In this document: one piece after another, positions 24,456 through 35,873 of the stretch
How the letters are laid out: each line of letters starts with the position of its first letter
Position numbering within the stretch: the stretch's first letter is position 1
Origin: Carcharhinus longimanus
Lineage: Eukaryota
Direction of reading: 5' to 3'
NCBI GenBank assembly: GCA_030264375.1
Contig: JASCQW010000098.1
Location: 75,506,684 to 75,570,683 of the forward strand
DNA length: 64,000 bases
Notes under the pieces: generated by a model
What the model was told of the DNA's origin: nothing
Database searches by the model: none
Seen by the model: the letters and a program-made list of their open reading frames with translations, nothing else
Translations under genes and position numbers: made by a program

Positions 24456-25139
24456 CTTCAATATAGGCACCACATCAAGAGCAGTGAATGCAGCATACCA
24501 AATTGAAAGAAATACTCTTTTAATTACCTAATCTGTCCTATCTTGTTTTGTGTGGGTTTTTATTTTGCTGGTTGAGTTTTCTCACACTGATGTACAATTT
24601 TTCTTGTTTTTTTAAAATCCTTTTCCTTTGTAATTGGATGGCTTCTGTCCAGCTATTTACATCTCATCTAGCCACCTATTTTGTTTCTTTACACATTATT
24701 CCTTTTGGCTTTGAACCATGAAACAAACATTTTGCCATTTAACTCCTGCCTTCTACCCTTGCACGTGTGCAAGAATGGAGCTTTGTACACGTGAGTAAGA
24801 ACAGAGGTTTGTATGTGTGTGCAGGGATGGAGCTTTGTATGGGTGCTTTTCTTTAGCTCTTCTGTAGGTTTCCTTTTCCACTCCTCCGCATTTACTCAAA
24901 ACATTTCTAGCATTTCTCAGTTCTGATGAAGTCTCAGACCTGAAATGTTAAGTGTTTCTCTCTCTTCATAGATGCTGCCTGGCCTGCTGAATATTTCCTG
25001 CATTTTTTCTCTTCATTTATTTGAAAATTTGAATAATGCATGGTGAAAGAGATTCAATATTGTGGAGTGATATTTGATGCAGTAAATTAGGCAATTTGAA
25101 AAAATAGTGAATAGTTAAATACTGTGTATGATTTATTTC

Positions 25140-26830
25140 TTATCGAAATCACAAGTGAGATCCTATGTGACTGTAACCATGGCTGTAACCTCATCCTCCT
25201 TGGGCTGTCTGCAGTGTTTGACAGAGCTCACCACCTACAACTTCCTGTTGTCCAGTTGAGAGGAATTGCACTCCCCTGGTTTGATTCTTGCCTGATTGTA
25301 GCCAGGGAATCATCTTCTGCTCCTGCAGGGTTACCTCTGGTGTCCCACAAGGATCTATCGTTGACCCATTCTTATTTTTCATCTACATGCTGTCCTTCAA
25401 CAACGTCATCTAAAAGCACAGCATTAGTTTGTGTATGTATGCTGTGATACCCAACTCTACCTCATCATCACCTCTAATCCATTGCTGTTGTTAAATTGTC
25501 AGATTGTTTATCCAACTTCCATAAGACATAGGAGCAGAAGTAAGCGATTCAGCCCATCATGTCTCTTCAGCCATTCAATGAGATTGTCGTATTAGATTAG
25601 TCACAATCTTCAATTCCACTTTCCTGCCTTAGCCCATAAGTCTTGATTCCTTTTCTGATTGAAAACCTCTTTGCCTCAGCCTTGAACATACTCACCACCC
25701 AGCCTCTACAGCCCTCTGCAGTTAGGAATTCCACAAATTCACTGCCCTCTGAGAGAAGAAATTCCTTCTCATCTGGGTCTTAAATCAGTGACCTATTACT
25801 CTGAGATTATGCCCTCTGATCCGAGACTCTCCCACAAGGAGAAACAAACTTTCCGTATCTACCCTGTCAAGTCCTTTGAGAATCCCATATGTCCCAATAA
25901 GGTAGCCTTCTAAACTACAACAAATACATGCCCAACCTGCTCAACCTCTCATAAGAAAACCCCTCCATATCCAAGATCAACCCAGTGAACCTGGTCTTGA
26001 GTACCTTGTAAAGTTTTAGTGAAATTTCCTAATTTTTATACTCCATTGCCTTTGAAATAAAGACCAACGTTCCAATTGCTTTCCCTGTTGAGCTTGCATG
26101 CTTGCTTTTTGTGATTTATGCATGAAGACCCCAAATGCTCTGTGTACTGTCGCTTTCTGCAGTCTATCTCCTTTTAAATAATGTTCAGTTCCTTTATCCT
26201 TCCTACCATAGTGCATAACTTCATATTTACATATATTGTAAAATAATTGTGGCCTCAACATTGATCCCTGTGGCACTCCACTAGTTACAGATTGCCATGA
26301 AATTGTCCATCTTATCCGAAATCTGTGTTCCATTAGTTAGCCATCTTCTGTCCATGCTAACATACTATCTGGTGGCAGATTTCTTCCATATTGGGAAGAT
26401 GGAAGCCTTTGTATTGCACCCTGCTCCCAGCTCTGTTCACAGGCTACCAACTCAGTTCAACAATCTGAAATTAAGGCAACTTTGGTGTCACATTTGATCC
26501 TTGAATAAGTTTCTGACCTCATATGCCATTACTGTCTAACATCACCAGACTTTATCCATCTCCATTCGTCTGAAAGCCTCATCCGTCCCTGTATTATCTC
26601 TAGACTTGACTATCCCAGTCTAGTCTCCCACATTCTACTCTTTGTAAACAAAAGGTAGTCAAAAACTCTGCTGCCTGTGTCTTAACTCACAGCAAGTCCC
26701 ATTCTCCTGTTAACCCTCTGTTTGCCCTTGCCTTAATTTGCAGGAACTCCTATTCCCTATTAGCCCTGCACTTGCTGACCTACACTGGCTTCCTATCGAG
26801 GAATGTCATTTAAGAATTCTCACTCAAATT
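25140..26830 (+). mobile_element. L2 LINE RT remnant interrupted by CR1
   Basis: ILCDC.HG..LILL.LSAVFD, SGVPQGSI, YA.DTQLY in 25140-25520; resumes near 26465 (SRLDY, LADLHWLP). Confidence 0.8.
25520..26355 (-). mobile_element. CR1 3' fragment nested in L2
   Basis: WQSVTSGVPQGSMLRPQLF...KYEVMHYGRK; CR1 tail at 25520-25580. Confidence 0.85.
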
Positions 26831-27202
26831 ATACATCCAATCCTATTTTAATTGAATTGTATCTCTATGAAAATTTGGTCAAATTTGAAAACTGACTGAA
26901 GCTAATTGGCCTTCCCAATTAGGAAAGGGCTTCAGAAACTGAGCAGACGTAAGATAAGAATGTAAAAACCTTCTCAAGTAAGGAGACCAAAACTGTACAC
27001 AGTACTCCAGGTATGGCCTCACTAGCAACTTATGCACCTGACCCTCAGGTACAGAGCAGACCATAGAAAAGCAGTTTAACTGAGTCACTTTATTTGTTTA
27101 AACTTATTAATGTGAACATTAATATATTTGAGAAGCCTTAAAGCTTACAAGAAGCCTCTCAATTATCTTCTCTCTTTGAGCCCTGAATCATTGTCATTGA
27201 GT

Positions 27203-27710
27203 ATTGCTGAATGAAATACATTTTTGGTTGAAGTTTTTCATCTTGCACTCATCAGGACATTCACAAGAAACAATGCAAAGGAAGTGAAAAAATGTATATA
27301 GGAAGAGACTGTCATTTGTTGGCAAGTGGACTCTGGTAGAGACATTGTATGAATACTGCATCAGTTGATGGTGATTGACAGTGAACTGCCAAGCACGTTT
27401 GAAATTTAAGCCAGACAATTTGACTCTGGTCAAGACATTGTTCTGAGGAATGAATCAGCAAATAGTTGTCACTTATTTTGTTTAGCTGAAACAGGTGTAA
27501 TGTGTATATATGTTCTTTCTGTCTCCAAAGAACTTGTATATTAATGCATGTAACTTTGAGTACACACAAATGCACTACACTGTGAGCATGACTCGCAATT
27601 TTAAATCGATTGTCAGTGTAATTCTTAGCACACTGAGGGTTATTTACTAAATGTTGTGCATTCACAGAATCACATCTAATGTTGGACACTGTTTTGAGCT
27701 TTGCAAACAA
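27203..27710 (-). mobile_element. PLE 3' end (family 2) with endonuclease C-terminus and hammerhead
   Basis: ORF 27312-27710 NIRCDSVNAQHLVNNPQCAKNYTDNRFKI; hammerhead gtc-CTGATGA-GTgcaagAT-GAAA-AACT-TC-aac at 27227-27259. Confidence 0.75.
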
Positions 27711-28183
27711 GGACGGGTTGGGTGCAGTCTGTATCTTGCATGTCTGTATCTTGCGGAAGGGACATTCTGTTTGTTAATACCCTTTGTCTTTGGAATGTGC
27801 AGTCTACCTACCTAGCATCACACTGGCATTGGAATTGATATGCCACAGTACCAGGGCAAGATATCACAAAAATTTGAGCAACATGTGAAACTAGATCTTT
27901 CACGCTGCTATTATGTGGTAGCAGCACAAATGGTATTCACCATTCTGAATGTTCCCCTCAAGTCAAAAAGATGTTCTGTTTGTCACGTAAATGAGGCTAT
28001 CAAATGATTGTTTGTGTATCATATATACATTGTGTGTGTAGTCCATCTGTTGCTGAAACTGCATGTCTGTCTTTATTTCTTCAAAAATAGACAGTCCTGG
28101 GCTTAACTGAACAGTCTTATAACTTCCAACTTAAGAAAATTTTGGCTCATGGTGGCAACTAGGATGCAGTCAGCCAATCATCC

Positions 28184-28400
28184 TGATGTGGAGATGCTGA
28201 CGTTGAACTAGGGTGGGGACAGTAAGAAGTGTCACAACACCAGGTTAAAATCCAACACGTTTAGCGATCTTCTTGGAGATCCTCTCCACTTTGAGCTGGC
28301 AGTTTACGCTGTTGGTGGTAACAATCATCTGAGAAAGGAGCAGCGCTACGAAAGCTTGTGATTCCAAATAAACCTGTTGGACATTAACCTGGTGTTGTAA
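28184..28400. mobile_element. Short PLE (family 1) made of two inverted 3' ends
   Basis: cacaacaccaggttaaaatccaaca ... aaataaacctgttggacattaacctggtgttgt; degenerate hammerhead CTGAGAA-AGGAGCAGCGCTAC-GAAAGCTT-gtgatt. Confidence 0.75.
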
Positions 28401-28759
28401 TCCATCATCCTATCCTTGACTTCCATTTACTGTTCGTCACATTGCCCAAAATGTAGAATGCTCATCCTCTAGGGCCGTGCCCCTCCCTCTATCTATAACC
28501 TTCCCACTGCTATAATCACCCACTTTTGCTGCTGTACATTAGTCACCTAGTCCCCGCGCTTTGTATTCTCTTCTCTTAAACCCATCCACCTTTTTAATTC
28601 ACCCTCCTTCACATCAGGCTCTTTTTGGTCATCTCTCCTAATATCTCCTTTTGCTTTTCTTCCCTTATGTGAAAAATCTTGAAATAAAGATATTCCAAGA
28701 TATTTCACATAAAGACCTTGCATAAATGCAAGAAGATGTTGGCGGACAGTCCAGTTTAT

Positions 28760-28793
28760 TGCTGTTCCTGATTTCCGCCACTAGATGGTACTG
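28760..28793 (+). promoter_or_regulatory. CTCF site with upstream (ZF9-11) motif
   Basis: TGCTGTTCC + 6-bp spacer + CCGCCACTAGATGGTACTG; fits the core consensus and the canonical 5-6 bp upstream-motif spacing. Confidence 0.6.
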
Positions 28794-29017
28794 AAGAATC
28801 ACCACCAGTTACAAAGACAAGGTGAAATCCTCCCACCATTCACCCACATTTGGAAAAAAAATCAATAGCAACATTTTCAGATTGCAGTTTGTACGGGCAG
28901 GTTCCAGATTTCCCATGGAAAACATGGTTATCATTGCATTTAAATTTCTGGTGTCAATTCTATTCTCGCCACAGCAGAAGTGTTTGGTGAAGGATTGCTG
29001 GAGAAATATCACATTTT

Positions 29018-29280
29018 ACATAAGAACATAAGAAATAGGAGTAGGAGTAGGCCATCTAGCCCTTCGAGCCTGCCCCGCCATTCAATAAGATCNNNNNNNN
29101 NNNNNNNNNNNNNNNNNNNNNNNNNNNNNNNNNNNNNNNNNNNNNNNNNNNNNNNNNNNNNNNNNNNNNNNNNNNNNNNNNNNNNNNNNNNNTCCACTTT
29201 CTGCTCTTTGGTTCCTATATCATCCCTTGCTACCACCCTGATGCTATCCTTAATCAGCAGAGCTACACCACCCCCCCCAT
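29018..29280 (-). mobile_element. Young CR1 pieces around a gap
   Basis: (cataagaa)n tail nearly identical to 21210; GGGVALLIKDSIRVVARDDIG endonuclease motif after the gap. Confidence 0.85.
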
Positions 29281-29789
29281 TCACAAATCCTTGCTTGACC
29301 CATATTAATTTTTTTTAGTCCCCGCTATTGATTTACAGCCACTGAGACTCAGTCAACCATGTTCCCTATTTTTGGGTCGTCTGCAAAACAGAGGCAGACA
29401 GCAATTTCCAAACCCGTAATGACTACCATCAATCAACAAGGACAAGGGCAAGTTCACCATCATTTTCTCAAGGGCAATTAGGGATAGCAATAAATGCTGG
29501 TCTAGTCATTGGCCACCATATCTCGTCAACAAATAAAAAGTACAGCCAATGTAATTTCTTGGAAACAAACAAAGTAGATTTTTTTCAGTAAAATGCTCCA
29601 CCACTTCACTGAGGAAAGAATTAGAGACAATTTCCCATCATCCTGGAAGGTGATTAAGAGTTCCAGGAGATAAGTGTGATCATGAGATTTCTCACTTGAC
29701 CAACATCCCACGGTGCACTCCCTCCAGGAGTTCTTCCAGCTTTTGAACATTTGCAGTGAATTCGCAGGCACCCATGGGCCCACAACTCG

Positions 29790-30390
29790 CTCATATCAGT
29801 GGGTGGAATTTTATGGCTCATAAGGTGGTGTGGAGTGGGGGCAATAATAGGGGAGCCAGCTCCCTAATGCATTCCTGCTGAAAGGCAAGTTTCCCAGTGG
29901 AAGAATGGGATCCGGGGCGAGCTGCCTTACACGTAGGAGCAATTCAATTGCTAAGTCTCCAATTTGAGGTTATTTTTCACGACTGTTGGTGGTGTGGCAG
30001 CTCCCCCGCTGTGTTTGGAAATCACCCACATTGTGGAGGCAAACGGCTGGCCAAACCTGATCTTTCATTTTCCGAAGAGCGGTAGGAAAGGCCCCCAGTG
30101 CTCTATTTGGAAGATGTTCCCCTCCATCCTTCAGGACTTCTCCCACCATCCCGCACTCCTGCCGGAGACACCTCTGTGTTGAGGTACCACCTCAGTTCCA
30201 AACCTACCTCAGTGATAGCAGCAGGAGAGGTGGACAGAACTGCTGAGGCTCAAGAGCTGCTAGTCTGTTCCAGCAGCATCTATAGGAGGATGGCTCGAGC
30301 CCAGAGGCAGCAAATTAGGAGGTTGCATCTAGGAATATTGTGGGATGTGTCCCTCAGTTTGATGTTGAAGACAGAATTCCGACGCCCTGT
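29790..30390. mobile_element. Non-autonomous Harbinger-like element
   Basis: Starts gggtggaattttatgg, ends agaattccgacgccc (imperfect TIRs). Confidence 0.4.
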
Positions 30391-30630
30391 CGCTGAAATG
30401 ATGTCAAACTCAATTTCATGTGTGCATAGCTTGTACGTATGTCCCGTTATTCACAATATCCTATCTAATTCAAATAATCTGACCGTGTGAACATTGATCC
30501 CATTCTGCATTGCATCTTAATCTGTCTCTGNNNNNNNNNNNNNNNNNNNNNNNNNNNNNNNNNNNNNNNNNNNNNNNNNNNNNNNNNNNNNNNNNNNNNN
30601 NNNNNNNNNNNNNNNNNNNNNNNNNNNNNN

Positions 30631-30850
30631 GCTCCATTAATTCCTCTAACCTACACCTCCTGGGACATTAAGGAGCAATTTAGCATTGCCAATCAACCTA
30701 ACCTGCACTGTGGGAGGAAACAGGAACACCCGGAGGAAACTCACGCAGACACAGGGAGAATGTGCAAACTTCACAGACAATAAGCCAAGCCGGGAATCAA
30801 ACCTGGAGTTGAGTCAGCAGAGCTAACCACTGTGCCATTGTGCTGCCCCA
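30631..30850 (-). mobile_element. HE1/V-SINE
   Basis: tgtgggaggaaac..gaacacccggaggaaac.cacgcagacacagggagaatgtgcaaact V core. Confidence 0.85.
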
Positions 30851-30854
30851 CTAG

Positions 30855-31460
30855 GATGGCAAATGGCATGTTGGCCTTTATTGTGAGGGATTGGGGTACA
30901 AGACTAAGGAAGTCTTGTTATTGTAAAAGGTTTTATTGAGACCTCACCTGGTATGCAGTTTTGGTCTCCAGATTTAAGAAAGCATATACTCGCACTGGAG
31001 GTGGTACACCACACTTTTACTAAACTGGACCCTGGACGAGGGGCTGAGTGAATTGGGCTTGTATTCTCTGGAGTCTAGAACAATGAGGTGATCTCATTGT
31101 AACCTACAAACTGCTAAAAGGGGCTTGATAAGAGTGACACAGTGAAATTTGCTTCTGTTGGTCAGGGAGGCCACAACAGGGTCTCTGGATAAGGGGTCAA
31201 TCATTTAGGATGGAGATGAGGAGCGATTTCTTCAAACAGTGCCGCAAACCTTTGGAATCCCCCACCCCAGAGAGTTGTGCAATTGATGAACATATCTAAG
31301 GCTGGGATAGACAGGTTATTGGTCTCTCAGGGAATGAAGGAATACGGAGAGTGGGTGGGAAAGTGGAGTTGAAGCCCAAGATCAGTCATGCTCATATTGA
31401 ATGGTGGAGTAGGCTTGATGGGCTGAATGGACTGCTCCTGTTCCTATTCCTTGTGCCCTT
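30855..31460 (+). mobile_element. CR1 3' fragment
   Basis: ANGMLAFIVR...RPHL..QFWSP.LRK...LYSLE; 3' tail gggctgaatggactgctcctgttcct. Confidence 0.85.
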
Positions 31461-31877
31461 TGGCCCCAAAATTTCCTGCATTGAAACTCTTCCCATTCGA
31501 AAATGATAAAAAAAGGTAAGACTTAAGTATTTGTCAAATAAGAGATCTTCTTAATTTTATTAAATGTATACATATAAGAAATAGAAAATGCAATTATACA
31601 AAAAAAAGTATCTATTACACAAAGAATAAATTATTTTGTGGTTTAACTTTTCAAGGCAATAAGAATGTTTCTTAGAGATTCTATCCATACTCTTGAAGTT
31701 AAAAGGATTGCGTGGCTGGAAAAGTTTTGGACTCCCTGCCGTAAACCATAGACTGCCTTCCCTTCTCTAACTCAGTAAAGGGTATAGTTCAGCCTGACAA
31801 TGTGGATCACCTAAGGGACGCTGCAAACCACTTTGTCTATAATCAGACAGGATTTTGATCATTCTATGAAGGAATGA

Positions 31878-32175
31878 TATGGTGGCACAGTGGTTAGCAC
31901 TGCTGCTTCACAATGCCAAGGACCTGGGTTCGATTCCCAGCTTCGATCACTGTCTGTGCAGAGTCTGTACGTTCTCCCCATGTCGACACAGGTGTCCTCC
32001 CGGTGCTCCACTTTCCTCCCACAGTCTGAAAGATGTGCTGGTTAGATGCATTGGCCATGCTAATTTCTTCCTCAGTGTACCCGAACAGGCGCCAGAGTGT
32101 GGCTACTAAGGAATTTTGATTGTAACTTCATTACAGTGATAATGGAAGCTTACTTGTGACATTAATAAATAAACT
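31878..32175 (+). mobile_element. HE1/V-SINE, full length
   Basis: ggtggcacagtggttagcactgctg...ggttcgattcc; V core; tail ...cttgtgacattaataaataaac. Confidence 0.92.
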
Positions 32176-34494
32176 ATGCCTTAATTGTACTAAACCAAGA
32201 GTCAGCCTGATGGTTGTGATTTAGCAATGCACGTGGCCCATACTGATAGAAATTACTAGGATTTACCTGTCCCCAGACTTAGCCCACCCTCCCCCGCACC
32301 ACCTACAGTTGGGACTAACATTTCCTACCCACCTTCTTTCTGACTGAGGCACGTTACCACCTGAGATTTCATTCCCTATTAATATTTCTCCATCCCTCTA
32401 CCCTTCCATTCCTTCACCCACCCACCAGGTTTTGATCCAATTATCCACCTGCCTTTTAACTCACCTTGACTTGAATACTACATTTTGTTTTATACAAGTG
32501 AATTTATCCCATTTAAAACATCAAATTAGAATTAATTTTAACATCCTTTTGTTCTGTTAATTTTAGTTGATACTCCTGAAAAAACATCAGTACTGAGCAT
32601 ATATTGAGGATTAGTCTTGAAAGGTTACTGAGTCCATTGTTTGAAAGAAGGATGTGCTTCAGTTCTTCAAATTATTAGACTCAGTTGGTGCTGAATAATC
32701 CCTATTAATAATAATTAACAGTCAACCTCTGTAACTCCAATTATGTTAACTCTGGCTATAGAAATAGAGCATAAGTGAATTCAGTTAAACCAAGTAAAGA
32801 TTGTTATTTATCAGCATTCTGTGTAATCACTTGATCTATAGGAGAGGTCTATATTGCTGCTCATTATGGGGAACTGTCTGCATGAATCATAGCAATATTG
32901 CTACAGAATGAGACTGTCTGGCCCATAATAGCTGGGCTACTATTATCTCCACATCAAGGTATTTCTAATCCTATTATCCTGTTCTTCCCCTGTACCTTTT
33001 AATTTTTTTGTGTGTTTTACTCTCTTAAGTTGATTGCCTGGGCTTCAATAGCCACTTTCTGTAGCACATTCATATTTTGAACACTTAGCAGAGGCAGACT
33101 TTTAACATCTCCTTTTATGTTTCTAATAATCCTAAATTGGTGTCCCCTTAGTTACTTACATCAAGCAGTTTACTCCCTTAAACTTTTGAATGCTTTGATT
33201 CTTCATTCTCTTCACTAATTGACAGAGCTTCAGATTTCCAGGGCTGTTTTAACTATGTCTGCCATTGTGACCTCTAACAAAATTACAAACTAATGTAACC
33301 TTAATGCTTTTCTTGATTTATCCCTTTTCTCTCTCCTGAACAACAATGCATGATTTGCCAGTCATGCCAAATGCTATGCATCCTATTTCCAAATTATGGC
33401 TGGTACTTCTACAATGTTATCACGAACCTGGCGTGTAGACTACACAAGGAATCTGGTGGTTTAAAAACTTTACATATCATTAACTATTTGAAAATGATTT
33501 CCTTGTAGCTCAGGTCAATGTATCTGTTGTTCTTCCGAAGCTGTTCCTTCACCCTCCTCTTTAAGTGAAGTGGAAATTAACCGGTGGTTGGGACAGTGTT
33601 AATGTCATATTAGGATATTTGATATGCCTATCGTGCATGTGCCTTGGACAAAAAATAAATGTTTGAATGTAGTACATTAGAAAAGATTAACTTGTAGATG
33701 TTTGTTAAGTTCACTTCACTTTACTGTACCTCTTGAAGTAATTTAGGTTTCCAGTGGTTGTGGGAATCCAAAGTTTCATTCTGCCTAACTCTAATTACCC
33801 CCCCCCCTCCGCCCCCGCACATTGCATCACCCTGAATTCAATTAACAGTGAAACAAAAATCTCCAGAAGCAAGTTAGAATTATATTTCTTGTGCTTTGCT
33901 GTTGAATATTATTTTATCCAATTCTAAAACAAAACCAAAGGATTTTGATCGTCCAAAAGTAAAACTTGTGCAACAACAACTAATAGTTTTCACGTTGCTG
34001 GTGAAAACAAAGATCAATACTATGGAAGCGCTGCATACAGCACTGCCTGCTCAGATATCACTTTTAATGTTGAAATTAAAAATGTCAAGTCACTTGNNNN
34101 NNNNNNNNNNNNNNNNNNNNNNNNNNNNNNNNNNNNNNNNNNNNNNNNNNNNNNNNNNNNNNNNNNNNNNNNNNNNNNNNNNNNNNNNNNNNNNNNTGTT
34201 GAAATTAAAAATGTCAAGTCACTTGGCTGTGTTGAAGAACTACTTAAACTTTAAACTAATGGATGACAATTTGCAAGCGATTATTACTGAAACTGTTAAA
34301 AAAATGAAACTAAAATGAATTAGGGAGGGAAGGGGCGTGGATTCATCCCTCAAACTTACAGCCCGAGATCGCTGTTGAGTTGGGAAAGATGTACTGTAAC
34401 GTTGTTGGTAAATTGGAAAGGTATAATTCAGACAATGTCCAGTTAAATGTATTTCTATGGCTTGTATTTAGGGGCCGATCACCGGTGTTCGAGG

Positions 34495-35873
34495 ACAAAA
34501 ATTTACAGCAGGAAAAGGATTTGCATTTTATAGCAATTCCCCTGACTATCAACAACCAGTGAAGTATTTTGAAGTGCAGTTACTAGTGTGAAATGCAGTT
34601 TGTGATTTGCACACAGCAAGATCCCACAGACAACAATGTGATAATGGCCAGATAATCTGCTCCTGCGGTGTTGGTTGAGGGATAAATATTGATAAGAACA
34701 TCAAGGATAAACTCATCTTCTAAGCACTGCCACCTGAGAAGATAGACAGGTCCTTAGTTTAACAGTTCATCCAAAAGTCAACACATTCAACAGTGCAGCA
34801 CTCTCTCAGTCATGCACTGGAGGCTCGGTCTTTGGTGCTCAAGTCCTGGAGTGGGACTTAGAACCATAGAACATTACAGCACAGAAACAGNNNNNNNNNN
34901 NNNNNNNNNNNNNNNNNNNNNNNNNNNNNNNNNNNNNNNNNNNNNNNNNNNNNNNNNNNNNNNNNNNNNNNNNNNNNNNNNNNNNNNNNNNNNNNNNNNN
35001 NNNNNNNNNNNNNNNNNNNNNNNNNNNNNNNNNNNNNNNNNNNNNNNNNNNNNNNNNNNNNNNNNNNNNNNNNNNNNNNNNNNNNNNNNNNNNNNNNNNN
35101 NNNNNNNNNNNNNNNNNNNNNNNNNNNNNNNNNNNNNNNNNNNNNNNNNNNNNNNNNNNNNNNNNNNNNNNNNNNNNNNNNNNNNNNNNNNNNNNNNNNN
35201 NNNNNNNNNNNNNNNNNNNNNNNNNNNNNNNNNNNNNNNNNNNNNNNNNNNNNNNNNNNNNNNNNNNNNNNNNNNNNNNNNNNNNNNNNNNNNNNNNNNN
35301 NNNNNNNNNNNNNNNNNNNNNNNNNNNNNNNNNNNNNNNNNNNNNNNNNNNNNNNNNNNNNNNNNNNNNNNNNNNNNNNNNNNNNNNNNNNNNNNNNNNN
35401 NNNNNNNNNNNNNNNNNNNNNNNNNNNNNNNNNNNNNNNNNNNNNNNNNNNNNNNNNNNNNNNNNNNNNNNNNNNNNNNNNNNNNNNNNNNNNNNNNNNN
35501 NNNNNNNNNNNNNNNNNNNNNNNNNNNNNNNNNNNNNNNNNNNNNNNNNNNNNNNNNNNNNNNNNNNNNNNNNNNNNNNNNNNNNNNNNNNNNNNNNNNN
35601 NNNNNNNNNNNNNNNNNNNNNNNNNNNNNNNNNNNNNNNNNNNNNNNNNNNNNNNNNNNNNNNNNNNNTCCAAATCCCTCTGCAAGCTTTGAAAACCTTC
35701 CTCACTGTCCACTACACCTCCAATCTTTGTATCATCAGCAAATTTACTGATCCAATTTACCACATTATCATCCAGATCATTGATATAGATGACAAACAAC
35801 AAGGGACCCAACACTGATCCCTGTGACACTTGAGACTACATCCTCCTCACTCAGAAGTAAGAGTGCTATCTAC
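34495..35873 (-). mobile_element. DeuSINE (SacSINE1-like) interrupted by CR1
   Basis: tttgcacacagcaagatcccaca...gttggttgagggataaatattg...cagtgcagcactc.ctcagt...gagtgggactt; head resumes at 35830 (ctcagaagtaagagtgcta). Confidence 0.75.
34862..35829 (-). mobile_element. CR1 LINE RT-to-3' fragment (mostly gap)
   Basis: QGSVLGPLLFVIYINDLDDNVVNWISKFADDTKIGGVVDSEEG. Confidence 0.93.

Larger units (their letters stand above)
23150..25020. mobile_element. Old PLE with inverted ends and GIY-YIG remnant, host of nested SINE and PLE
   Basis: Minus strand SFNLVCCIHCS.CG..YI / CRPGECFARHL.SV...TNHFNS split by the SINE; 23160-23280 is an inverted copy of 24900-25020, which carries CTGATGA...GAAATGTT. Confidence 0.65.

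Noticed and set aside
31878-31945. tRNA-like A/B box sequences
   Set aside because: SINE heads continuing into the V core, not tRNA genes
34066-34226. 29-bp direct repeat tgttgaaattaaaaatgtcaagtcacttg on both sides of a gap, within ORF 33896-34318
   Set aside because: Most likely overlapping contig ends; the faint hAT-like look of the ORF is too weak to call
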